This document shows positions 8,526 to 16,141 of a stretch of 35,730 bases of DNA, in pieces (position 1 is the stretch's first letter; every line of letters begins with the position of its first letter). Location: assembly GCA_964447425.1 (NCBI GenBank), contig CAYUTB010000002.1:7770-43499 (forward strand), read 5' to 3'. Under the pieces are notes generated by a model that made no database searches, had not been told where the DNA came from, and worked only from the letters and a program-made list of their open reading frames with translations. Origin of the DNA: an uncultured Candidatus Bathyarchaeia archaeon. GTDB lineage: Archaea; Thermoproteota; Bathyarchaeia; TCS64. Both the position numbers and the translations under genes were made by a program.

Positions 8526-9293
8526 GATTCATCAGGGGGCATCCTTTTCTTTCATTTTTCCTACTGGTTATCCCATTCGCTTGGTTCTGGTGGGCTCAGC
8601 TTCTGCTTGACATTTGGCCCTCTCAGATGATAGTAATCCCATCGACGCTGGGTGGTATATCTCCCATCTATCCGTATGGATAATAGACAAAGCAGCCGGC
8701 ACAGAGAATCTAACCAAGATACTTCAAACAATCAAGACTTGGCGCAACAATATCCCACAACTGGTAATTGCCGCCTTAATTTTTCCGGTTTTTGACCTCG
8801 GAAGTAAAACCCTATTCGTCTTACTCGGGAACTCAGTTAGGGTCTTTGAGCCGGGTCCAGCTGAGCTGGGTGTCTCGTTGTTACTGATAATCCCCATTAC
8901 ATTCTTTGCGGGGCTGGTCTCCAGTCAACTGCTGGAGGAGCCGAGTTGGAGAGGCTATGCTCTTTCGAGGCTTCAGGCTAGATTTGGGTTGAACATCGCC
9001 AGTCTGATACTAGGCTCTTTTTGGTGGCTGTGGCATCAGGTCACGAACATAGCCTTTGGGACCCCTCCCTAAGTCCTCGGGTATCTCATGATGCTCGGGC
9101 AATCATCCATAATAGACTCCTTGTACCTAGCCTCAGATTCTGTTCTCGTGGCGATGTTCGCACATTCATCCCTCTTATCGTGTTCACTTATCTCGCTGAA
9201 GGAGACGTCACAACCCGATATCTGGGACTCCTACTGCTATGGTTGATGGTTATTTTCCTCAGAATTTATCCAAATTGGAGGAGCTCCAAATGA
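8522..9293 (+). pseudogene. CPBP (CAAX/Abi, Rce1-like) intramembrane metalloprotease, disrupted by at least three frameshifts
   Basis: The family-typical sequence is spread over three frames:
- Frame 2, 8522-8683: 'MRFIRGHPFLSFFLLVIPFAWFWW...LGGISPI'.
- Frame 1, to 9072: 'TWRNNIPQLVIAALIFP...LLEEPSWRGYALSRLQ' (EExxxR motif) and 'FWWLWH' (FxxxH motif).
- Frame 2, 9077-9247: 'SVLVAMFAHSSL' (third His motif).
- Frame 3, to 9293: terminal TM segment 'YLGLLLLWLMVIFLRI'. Confidence 0.6.
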
Positions 9294-9481
9294 TCCTCAA
9301 GGGGTTCATCAGGCGCATAGATTTCTATGCTGCTTTGTGCGCTGACTGTTCTCTTGGAGACAACTGAGTAAAAAAGGGTCTATCCGGTGGTCCCTTGTAC
9401 CCGTCTTGATGATATCGGTCTTCTTCTTGTCTACAGGTAGCCTACTGAATTTATCTATCTTGTGCTACAATTCATAGCGAA

Positions 9482-10141
9482 ATGTCTGATGATATGGTGA
9501 AGTACTACAGTGACCGCGCCAAAGAATACGAGGAAATCTATGCGTGGCGGGACCCCCAGCGACAAGAAGAACAGGACCATATGGAGTCCCAGCTCAAACA
9601 AGCCTTCAAGGGTCGCAGGGTGCTGGATATAGGCTGCGGCACAGGTTACTGGACCCAGCGTATCAGCGCGACCGCTGAGAGCATCCTTGGGATAGATATC
9701 AACGAGGCTGTGCTGGAGATAGCCCGTAGCAAGGAATACGGTTGCCCCACAATGTACAAGATTATGGATGCCTACAATATGGTGTTTGAGGAGCGGTTCA
9801 CTGGTGTCATAGCTTCATTTATGCTCAGCCATGTCTTGAAGCAGGATATTCCCGGTTGGCTCAAACATATCCACAGCTTCCTTGAACCCGGTGCAAGGGT
9901 CTTCATCACTGATAACACCTTCATCGAGGGCGTGGGGGGGAAGCTCCAAACCAAGCAGGGTGACCCCAACACGTACAAGCTCAGAACCCTGAACGATGGG
10001 ACGCAGCATCTCATCGTCAAGAACTACTTCACACCCGGGGAACTGGTATCCATATTCAGTGAACACAGCAAGGGAATAACTGAAAAAAACGTGTTTATGG
10101 GTAAATGCTTCTGGTGGATCAACTACACCTATTTACCCTAG
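9482..10141 (+). CDS. Class I SAM-dependent methyltransferase
   Basis: 219 aa with motif I '[13 protein letters not shown]' and the downstream acidic and motif-post-I elements. Confidence 0.85.
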   Translation: MSDDMVKYYSDRAKEYEEIYAWRDPQRQEEQDHMESQLKQAFKGRRVLDIGCGTGYWTQRISATAESILGIDINEAVLEIARSKEYGCPTMYKIMDAYNMVFEERFTGVIASFMLSHVLKQDIPGWLKHIHSFLEPGARVFITDNTFIEGVGGKLQTKQGDPNTYKLRTLNDGTQHLIVKNYFTPGELVSIFSEHSKGITEKNVFMGKCFWWINYTYLP

Positions 10142-10302
10142 TCTATTGGGCTAAACTCTTCTTTTGGCGCGCCACAGACTGGGCACTCCCAGTCATCCGG
10201 TAGCTCCTCGAATGGTGTTCCCGGAGCTACTCCAGCGTCTGGGTCTCCCTTGGCTGGGTCGTAGATGTATCCGCAGATTCCACATTTGTACTTCTTTGCC
10301 AT
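10138..10302 (-). CDS. Rubredoxin
   Basis: Not in the ORF track (54 aa). Hand translation of the minus strand gives '[54 protein letters not shown]', with the canonical CxxCG and CPxCG knuckles. Its stop overlaps the methyltransferase stop by 4 nt. Confidence 0.9.
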   Translation of the reverse strand: MAKKYKCGICGYIYDPAKGDPDAGVAPGTPFEELPDDWECPVCGAPKEEFSPID

Positions 10303-10338
10303 AGAGAAACCTTGGACCCTGCGTTATATAAAACACAC

Positions 10339-10764
10339 TCATTTCACAGTAAATGAGGCTGTCTTATGAAAATTCCCAATACCAACTATTGTGAATGCTT
10401 TCCTGACATAGTAGTTACCAGGCTCAAGGTTAGTAAAGACCTTCTGAGAATTGCTACCGATTAATGGAGCTATCTCTCCTAACGCCGCTGTCCATGCATA
10501 ATTATCCGGGAACTCGAATTTTCTAAGAGTGCCATTATCGTATTCTCTGTAAATCTCATAAATGGAGCCAAACTGGACCCAATTAAACCCATAGTTATGG
10601 ATGGTTAAGGTGAGGCTCTCGTCTTGATCGACTATTCTCTTGTTCAAGGTAATCTCTACAAGATCAAATGGTTTTCTGGTAAGCCTAAAACCGATGACCC
10701 CTACGGAAAGCACCAGAACAACCACTATTATTGTTAGGAAAATCCGAACTTTATTACCAGACAT
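10339..10764 (-). CDS. Hypothetical membrane-anchored (N-terminal TM) beta-rich protein
   Basis: 141 aa. N-terminal hydrophobic helix 'IFLTIIVVVLVLSVGVIGF', followed by a roughly 110-aa soluble domain. No assignable family. Confidence 0.55.
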   Translation of the reverse strand: MSGNKVRIFLTIIVVVLVLSVGVIGFRLTRKPFDLVEITLNKRIVDQDESLTLTIHNYGFNWVQFGSIYEIYREYDNGTLRKFEFPDNYAWTAALGEIAPLIGSNSQKVFTNLEPGNYYVRKAFTIVGIGNFHKTASFTVK

Positions 10765-10842
10765 TCCAACGATAATATATTTCTAAATATAATAAACATG
10801 TCTCTGCTAAACGGAAAAACTATAATCTCCGATTACTGAGGT

Positions 10843-11937
10843 GTGATGATGCTAGCTGAACGAGAGGCCGCCAAGTACCCTTTCCTCAAGGTGGGGCTCA
10901 ACCTCCTTGAGGCACTGGACCTCCAACTGGACGACCTCGCAGGACCCATCTACACAAAAGCAGTGGACAGGGCAAAGGAGCGAGTGATCGAGGCAATAGT
11001 GAAGGGTGAGGTATCAGAGCAGCTAGCCGACCCACAGACAGAGTTACTCAGCTACCCATTAGCAGTCATGTTCGTAACCCTCGTAGGGGAGCAGTTCCTC
11101 AACAGACGCTACGCCCTCAGCGAGGCGGTTAGAGCCTACAATTTACTTCAGAATGAGTATGAGGAGAAGCTACTTCAGATAGCGCGTGATGAGTTCGGCT
11201 GGAATATTCGTCAAGACCCGGAGAGCATCGACGGCGTCATGCATAACCTCAAAGTAGGGTTTCAGGACTATCTCCTGGTCGCTGCGGGTTTCCATGAGGG
11301 TAAATGGAAGCTCGTTAACCGCAAGATGACTAACGGATACGTATCCATAACAGGCGTCGAGGCTTCAAGGCTCATGCAAGTAGAGGTAGAGAAATGGGTC
11401 AACGAACGCGTTGCCACCCCGAGCAGCTTCAAGCTTCCTCAGACGCTTCAGGTTAGGCTCGATGAGATAAAGAAGACCTTCGATGAGAACCGGTCCAAGC
11501 TAGGGGGAAGCGCTTTACCAGCCGAGGTTATGAATGAGGCGTTCCCACCCTGCATCAACTACTGTCTTGAGGGGCTGCTTGCGGGTCGCCGCGCCAGCCA
11601 CATGGAGCGGTTCGCGTTGACAAGTTTCCTTGTGAATATCGGTATGCCTCTGGATCAGATGGTGAGTTTCTATACCAGTGTGACTGACTTCGATGAGTCA
11701 TTAACCCGGTACCAGATCGAGCACATTGCCGGTATGAAGGGCAACAGGACCAAGTACACTCCTCCCACCTGTAACACTCTTCGCACTCATGGTGTCTGCA
11801 GAAACCCTGACAGTGTTTGTAAGAGCGTAGTTCATCCTCTAAGTTATTACAGGAAAAAGGCGAGGCTTATTCTGAAGCGTGAGGAAGAGAAAGCAGGCGA
11901 GGAAGCTGAATCCTTAAAAACAGCAACAGAAGAATAA
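10843..11937 (+). CDS. priL: DNA primase large (regulatory) subunit PriL
   Basis: 364 aa with the Fe-S domain region 'FPPCINYCLEGLLAGRRASHMERFALTSFLVNIGMPLDQMVSFY...TPPTCNTLRTHGVCRNPDSVC'. Possible starts are GTG 10843 and ATG 10846 or 10849. Confidence 0.9.
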   Translation: MMMLAEREAAKYPFLKVGLNLLEALDLQLDDLAGPIYTKAVDRAKERVIEAIVKGEVSEQLADPQTELLSYPLAVMFVTLVGEQFLNRRYALSEAVRAYNLLQNEYEEKLLQIARDEFGWNIRQDPESIDGVMHNLKVGFQDYLLVAAGFHEGKWKLVNRKMTNGYVSITGVEASRLMQVEVEKWVNERVATPSSFKLPQTLQVRLDEIKKTFDENRSKLGGSALPAEVMNEAFPPCINYCLEGLLAGRRASHMERFALTSFLVNIGMPLDQMVSFYTSVTDFDESLTRYQIEHIAGMKGNRTKYTPPTCNTLRTHGVCRNPDSVCKSVVHPLSYYRKKARLILKREEEKAGEEAESLKTATEE

Positions 11938-12081
11938 ATGGAAATGGAGCCGCCGACCGAGGAACGTAAGCAGAAACTCAAGGAAGTGGGTCTGCACTAC
12001 TGCAAACACTACGATAACATCGTTAGATACAATAAGCCAGCCTGCGGAAAATGCAGCCACGCCACATACCCGATCCGGTAA
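11938..12081 (+). CDS. Small Cys/His-containing protein (47 aa), possible zinc ribbon
   Basis: Not in the track. The ATG immediately follows the PriL TAA. Translation: 'MEMEPPTEERKQKLKEVGLHYCKHYDNIVRYNKPACGKCSHATYPIR*' (C-x-H ... C-x2-C-x-H). Coding status is unproven. Confidence 0.4.
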   Translation: MEMEPPTEERKQKLKEVGLHYCKHYDNIVRYNKPACGKCSHATYPIR

Positions 12082-12085
12082 CCAG

Positions 12086-12093
12086 ATTTATAC
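12086..12093 (+). promoter_or_regulatory. TATA-like box (ATTTATAC) positioned for a leaderless priS transcript
   Basis: The box is centred about 26-27 bp upstream of the priS ATG at 12117, which is the canonical archaeal TATA-to-TSS distance. Confidence 0.35.
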
Positions 12094-12116
12094 CCCCATA
12101 ACCTAGATGAAGTATT

Positions 12117-13346
12117 ATGGAAGAGCCGTGGGGAAGCCCTGATTTCGTAGCGGAACAGTTCCAGAGCTGGTACCGCCAAAACAGCGCCACCATTCCACCC
12201 CCGATCGCGATAGAGAAAAGGGAGTTCGCCTTCATCACATTCCACGGCAAGGGCATGCACAGACACATAGCATTACCCACAGAACCAGAGCTTCAAAGAT
12301 ACCTCAGAAACAACGCCCCGATGCACGCCTACCACAGCAGCAGCTATTATCTCAGCCCCACAGCGGACATGAGCCAGAAGGGGTGGCTTGGCGCAGACCT
12401 CGTATTCGACATCGACGCAGACCACTTTGATCTCCCCTGCCAGCGGGAACATGACCGTTGGTGGTGCAGAAACTGTGACCAGCAGGGAACAGGGCACCCA
12501 CCCGAGATATGCAGTTGCGGTAAAGCCCAGTTCACCACCGAGACGTGGCTCTGTGAAAAATGTCTTCAAGCAGCCAAATTTGAGACCCAGAAGCTGCTGG
12601 ATATACTGATAACCGACTTCGGCGTGAAGATCGAGGACCTCATCACAAACTTCAGCGGAAACAGAGGATACCACGTACACGTCCACAGCGACGGCTTCAA
12701 GTCACTGGACCAGAACAGCCGACGAGAAATAGTGGACTACATCATGGCCACCGGGCTGGAGGCAGAGTACCAAGGCTTCAGCAGGCGAAACATTGGGGCG
12801 CGAAGCACATTCGCCGAGGATGGGTGGCGGGGGCGAACCGGGCGCGCCATATACGATTACCTGAGCACGGCGTCCGAGGCTGAGATCAGGGCGTTAAAGC
12901 TGGGTAGAAACGCTACATCAAACATAGTGAACAACAAAGATAACATACTGGACACACTGGTCACAAAGCACCCCAGCAACGTCATCCCACTCATCGACCC
13001 CAAGAGCCTCGAAACACTCCTAGCGCAGGCAGTAAAGCTACAGGCCTCAGAGATCGACACCGTGGTTACCACAGATATCCACCGCCTCATCAGGATGCCA
13101 AAAACCCTTCACGGCAAAACAGGGTGGCAGGTCCAGACAATACCCTATGGACAGCTACCTAACTATGACCCGCTGAAGAAGGCGGTCATCATCCGAGGCG
13201 ACCCAGTTGAACTAGTGTTCCGTCACGTCCCGAAAATCAAAATACTCGACACATTGTATGGTCCATATGAGGAAGAAGAAGCCACACTGCCACTGGAGGC
13301 CGCGCTATTCTTCCTATGCAAACAAGGAGCCAAAGTAAAAAGATGA
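12117..13346 (+). CDS. priS: DNA primase small (catalytic) subunit PriS
   Basis: 409 aa. Catalytic 'LVFDIDADHF' (DxD), zinc motif 'CRNCDQQ...CSCGK...CEKC', and 'NFSGNRGYHVHV'. Confidence 0.95.
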   Translation: MEEPWGSPDFVAEQFQSWYRQNSATIPPPIAIEKREFAFITFHGKGMHRHIALPTEPELQRYLRNNAPMHAYHSSSYYLSPTADMSQKGWLGADLVFDIDADHFDLPCQREHDRWWCRNCDQQGTGHPPEICSCGKAQFTTETWLCEKCLQAAKFETQKLLDILITDFGVKIEDLITNFSGNRGYHVHVHSDGFKSLDQNSRREIVDYIMATGLEAEYQGFSRRNIGARSTFAEDGWRGRTGRAIYDYLSTASEAEIRALKLGRNATSNIVNNKDNILDTLVTKHPSNVIPLIDPKSLETLLAQAVKLQASEIDTVVTTDIHRLIRMPKTLHGKTGWQVQTIPYGQLPNYDPLKKAVIIRGDPVELVFRHVPKIKILDTLYGPYEEEEATLPLEAALFFLCKQGAKVKR

Positions 13347-13945
13347 GAACCAGATACACCCGACTCCATGAGGCATGGGACAACGAGATAAAACGGGAAG
13401 AACTCCAAAACATACCCGATGGCTTCCTCCACGAGATGAAAAACTACACAAACCAGCTCAACAAGACCCCGGCAAACACTGGGACCCTCTCGGGGAACCT
13501 AACCCAGACCGAACGAAAATACGCCAATCAGATGCTAAAAGAGTTGAGCGAGACCCGGCTCAACAAGATAATAAGAAGCGAGCTCAACGGCCTCGCTATA
13601 AACGCGCAGGCCATGACCCCCGAGGAGCAGCAGCTACACAGTAACCTACGCCAACTACTCACAGGGTACAGGCAGGGCGCCGAACTACCTGTTTCAAGAT
13701 CCAGTAAACCAGAGTCTCACCCCGCTGTAACAAAAAAAGAGTCACCGCCTCCTCCACCCAAGATCGAGGTAAGAGACACTGAGCTTGTGCTCGTCAGGTT
13801 CCTGCAGTCCCTTCCCGCCATAATGGGAATTGATATGAAGGCATATGGGCCATTCCAGCCAGAGGAATTAGCTACGATCCCGCGTCAGAACGCTGAGAAC
13901 CTCATTAAACGGGGTATCGCGAAAAAAGTCGAGACCGATGCGTAA
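13343..13945 (+). CDS. GINS subunit, Gins51 (Gins15) type
   Basis: ATGA overlap with the priS stop. The pattern 'LHEAWDNEIKREELQNIPDGFLHEM...ETRLNKIIRSEL...MTPEEQQLHSNL' matches the archaeal Gins51 A-domain by eye. A Pro-rich linker and a C-terminal B-domain follow. priS-gins51 adjacency is a known archaeal arrangement. Confidence 0.75.
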   Translation: MRTRYTRLHEAWDNEIKREELQNIPDGFLHEMKNYTNQLNKTPANTGTLSGNLTQTERKYANQMLKELSETRLNKIIRSELNGLAINAQAMTPEEQQLHSNLRQLLTGYRQGAELPVSRSSKPESHPAVTKKESPPPPPKIEVRDTELVLVRFLQSLPAIMGIDMKAYGPFQPEELATIPRQNAENLIKRGIAKKVETDA

Positions 13946-13950
13946 CCGTA

Positions 13951-13960
13951 TAATTTATAC
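13951..13960 (+). promoter_or_regulatory. TATA-like box (TAATTTATAC) for the rpl44e-rps27e-aIF2a-nop10 operon
   Basis: An AT-rich box flanked by the direct 8-mers AACCGTAT (13944-13951 and 13963-13970). The palindrome ACTCTTC-T-GAAGAGT (13983-13997) lies near the predicted TSS. Confidence 0.4.
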
Positions 13961-14042
13961 ACAACCGTATCGTAGAGAGCGTACTCTTCTGAAGAGTTAA
14001 ACCTAATAAGGAGAGACTAGTGTAAGCTGGTGGAGAATAGCA

Positions 14043-14318
14043 ATGAAAGTACCCAAGATCATGAGGACTTACTGCCCAAAATGTAAGACCCACACAGAGT
14101 TCCAGGTCAGCCTATACAAGGCCGGGAAACGTGCGGGCGCTAAGAAGGGCGAGCGAAGACAAAAGATACGCAAGCACGGATACGGTGGACAAAAATTCCC
14201 TGAGCAGCACAATCAGGCAAAAGTCACAAAGAAACTTTCACTCGTACTTAAATGCAAAGAATGCAGCTATCAACTCATGCGCAAGGGAATGCGTCTCAAA
14301 AAACTGGAGATAGAGTAA
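14043..14318 (+). CDS. rpl44e: 50S ribosomal protein L44e (eL42)
   Basis: 91 aa: 'RTYCPKCKTHTEFQVSLYKAGK...KHGYGGQ...LKCKECS', the typical L44e zinc ribbon. Confidence 0.95.
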   Translation: MKVPKIMRTYCPKCKTHTEFQVSLYKAGKRAGAKKGERRQKIRKHGYGGQKFPEQHNQAKVTKKLSLVLKCKECSYQLMRKGMRLKKLEIE

Positions 14319-14319
14319 A

Positions 14320-14517
14320 TTGGCAGAATGGGAACATCTTATACCAAGGCCCACAAGCAGATTCCTACGGGTACGCTGTATTAGCTGTGAATCTGAACAG
14401 ATCGTATTCAGTCACAGCAGCACGCTTGTGCAGTGTCAGACTTGTGGAGAGACACTTGCTGAGCCTACGGGCGGCAAGGCAAAGATCAACGGCGCAATCA
14501 TAGCCGTACTAGGGTGA
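14320..14517 (+). CDS. rps27e: 30S ribosomal protein S27e (eS27)
   Basis: 65 aa: 'SRFLRVRCISCESEQIVFSHSSTLVQCQTCGETLAEPTGGKAKI'. The only in-frame start is TTG at 14320. Confidence 0.9.
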   Translation: MAEWEHLIPRPTSRFLRVRCISCESEQIVFSHSSTLVQCQTCGETLAEPTGGKAKINGAIIAVLG

Positions 14518-14522
14518 GTTAA

Positions 14523-15314
14523 ATGGTTCTAGGACTACCAGAATGGCCTGAAGTTGGCTACCTAGTAATAGCCACTGTGAAACGTGTGGAGTCCTACGGT
14601 GGTTATGTTAGTTTAGATGAATTTGAAAACAAAGAAGGTCTTCTGCATATCAGTGAGATTAGCAGCAGATGGGTGCGAAACATCAGAAACCACGTAAGAC
14701 CAGGCCAAAAACTAGTCCTACAAGTACTCAGAACCGACCCAAGCAAAGAACAAGTAGATCTCAGCCTCAGAAGAGTAACAAAGGACGATAAACGCAAGAA
14801 ACTCGAGGAATGGAAAAAGGCGAGAAAAGCCGAGACCCTGGTTACACAGGCAGCCAACGAGTTGAATATTGATCTAAATCAGCTCTATGAGACCGAGATA
14901 ATAAAGATCGTAGATAGCTTTGGTAGCCTCTATGAGGGTCTTGAGGCTGCTTCAAAGAAGGGTTCTGTGGCACTTATCGAGGTGGGTCTAAGCGAGAACG
15001 TAGCCCAGACTCTTACAGAGGTGTCTAAGGATAAGATCATCATAAAGGGCGTTACAGTGCAGGGTGTCATTGAGATGACTAGCCTCAACAGTGAGGGCGT
15101 CGAGGATATTAAGATGGCTTTCGTTGAAGCTGCTGGGGTAGCTGAAGGTTTTGATTCGACTATCAATGTCTCGACCATGGGTGCCCCCAAGTACCGTATC
15201 GAGCTTATGGCCGAGGATTACAAAAAAGCGGAGCTTGCCCTAGACAAGACAGTATCCAGCATAAGGGATAACTGGGAAAAGGTTGAAGGCAACTTCAACT
15301 TTACGAGGGAATAA
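14523..15314 (+). CDS. Translation initiation factor aIF2 subunit alpha
   Basis: 263 aa. N-terminal S1 domain 'VIATVKRVESYGGYVSLDEFENKEGLLHISEISSRWVRNIRNHVRPGQK', plus the helical and alpha-beta domains. Confidence 0.95.
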   Translation: MVLGLPEWPEVGYLVIATVKRVESYGGYVSLDEFENKEGLLHISEISSRWVRNIRNHVRPGQKLVLQVLRTDPSKEQVDLSLRRVTKDDKRKKLEEWKKARKAETLVTQAANELNIDLNQLYETEIIKIVDSFGSLYEGLEAASKKGSVALIEVGLSENVAQTLTEVSKDKIIIKGVTVQGVIEMTSLNSEGVEDIKMAFVEAAGVAEGFDSTINVSTMGAPKYRIELMAEDYKKAELALDKTVSSIRDNWEKVEGNFNFTRE

Positions 15315-15316
15315 TC

Positions 15317-15487
15317 TTGGTCTGGCTACTACGCCGGTGTAAAAACTGTGATGTTTATACATTCAAGGAAACTTGCCCCCTATGCGGTGGCGTGGCGATT
15401 TCACCTCATCCAGCTAAGTTCAGTATGGATGACAAGTACAGAAAATATCGTCTATTGATGAAACGTATGTCTGAAAAACGCGAGTAA
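15317..15487 (+). CDS. nop10: H/ACA RNP protein Nop10
   Basis: Not in the track (56 aa). TTG start 2 nt after the aIF2-alpha stop. Translation: 'LVWLLRRCKNCDVYTFKETCPLCGGVAISPHPAKFSMDDKYRKYRLLMKRM', i.e. a Nop10 zinc ribbon plus 'PAKFSPDDKY'-type helix. The operon position is canonical. Confidence 0.85.
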   Translation: MVWLLRRCKNCDVYTFKETCPLCGGVAISPHPAKFSMDDKYRKYRLLMKRMSEKRE

Positions 15488-15557
15488 CTCTGTTTTCAAT
15501 TCGCATATTGTGGAAAGGCTTTTTACGCCATTATTACCATGATAGCACTCGATAACA

Positions 15558-15926
15558 ATGGTTAAGAGCTATGTCAGGATTTACGGTCCTCCACTACTCA
15601 AAGCAATAAAGGCGCTTGAGGGTGTTGCTGTAACAATGTCCACTAAAACAGAGGTAAAATTCAGTCACAAATGTGTGCCTTATCCAACCAGGATGCAGAG
15701 CGACAAGAATGACTGGAATGCTTACCTGCAGAACATGAAGAAGACCTACAAGGACTGTTATGAGCCCGAGAAGATCATCAGCGATGCATCAATGACTATG
15801 GGTGATTATGATTTCGTCTTTGATTGGACGAGCAAGCCATCAATTACCCAGATTGAGGATTTGATCGCAAGAGTGGACGCTGCTCTCGAAAAAGTTGGCG
15901 TCATGTATACTCTGACTACAGAGTAA
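15558..15926 (+). CDS. Hypothetical protein (122 aa)
   Basis: Clean ORF with a protein-like composition, followed by a T7 tract. I recognise no motif. Confidence 0.5.
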   Translation: MVKSYVRIYGPPLLKAIKALEGVAVTMSTKTEVKFSHKCVPYPTRMQSDKNDWNAYLQNMKKTYKDCYEPEKIISDASMTMGDYDFVFDWTSKPSITQIEDLIARVDAALEKVGVMYTLTTE

Positions 15927-15930
15927 ACTC

Positions 15931-15937
15931 TTTTTTT
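15931..15937 (+). terminator. Oligo-T tract (T7), a candidate archaeal terminator
   Basis: TTTTTTT lies 5 nt after the stop of the 122-aa ORF, within an AT-rich convergent spacer. Confidence 0.4.
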
Positions 15938-15988
15938 AACAAATATTTTCTTTATAAGAATAAATAAATAAAATAAAAAGGGGATAGT

Positions 15989-16141
15989 TTATTTCGCTTT
16001 TTTATCAGCTTCCATGCGTTGAGATGATTCCTCGGCTAGTTTGAGGGATTTTCTCTCCTGTAGTTCCTCGTAAACGATAAAGGCAGGCATGATGACCCAG
16101 AGGGCGATCATGACCCAGAAGAGAATAGTATCCATATCCAT
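15989..16141 (-). CDS. Small single-TM protein (50 aa) coupled to livM
   Basis: Not in the track. The ATG directly abuts the livM stop (TAA-ATG). Translation: '[50 protein letters not shown]', one TM helix plus a charged tail. Confidence 0.4.
   Translation of the reverse strand: MDMDTILFWVMIALWVIMPAFIVYEELQERKSLKLAEESSQRMEADKKAK

Noticed and set aside
9021-9293. 90-aa ORF as an independent gene
   Set aside because: It is better explained as the out-of-frame C-terminal remnant of the frameshifted CPBP protease.
12009-12280. Two 85-aa minus-strand ORFs overlapping the priL-priS junction
   Set aside because: They lie antisense to the 47-aa ORF and the priS N-terminus, with a Cys/Trp/Gly-rich composition and no motifs. 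They are shadow ORFs.
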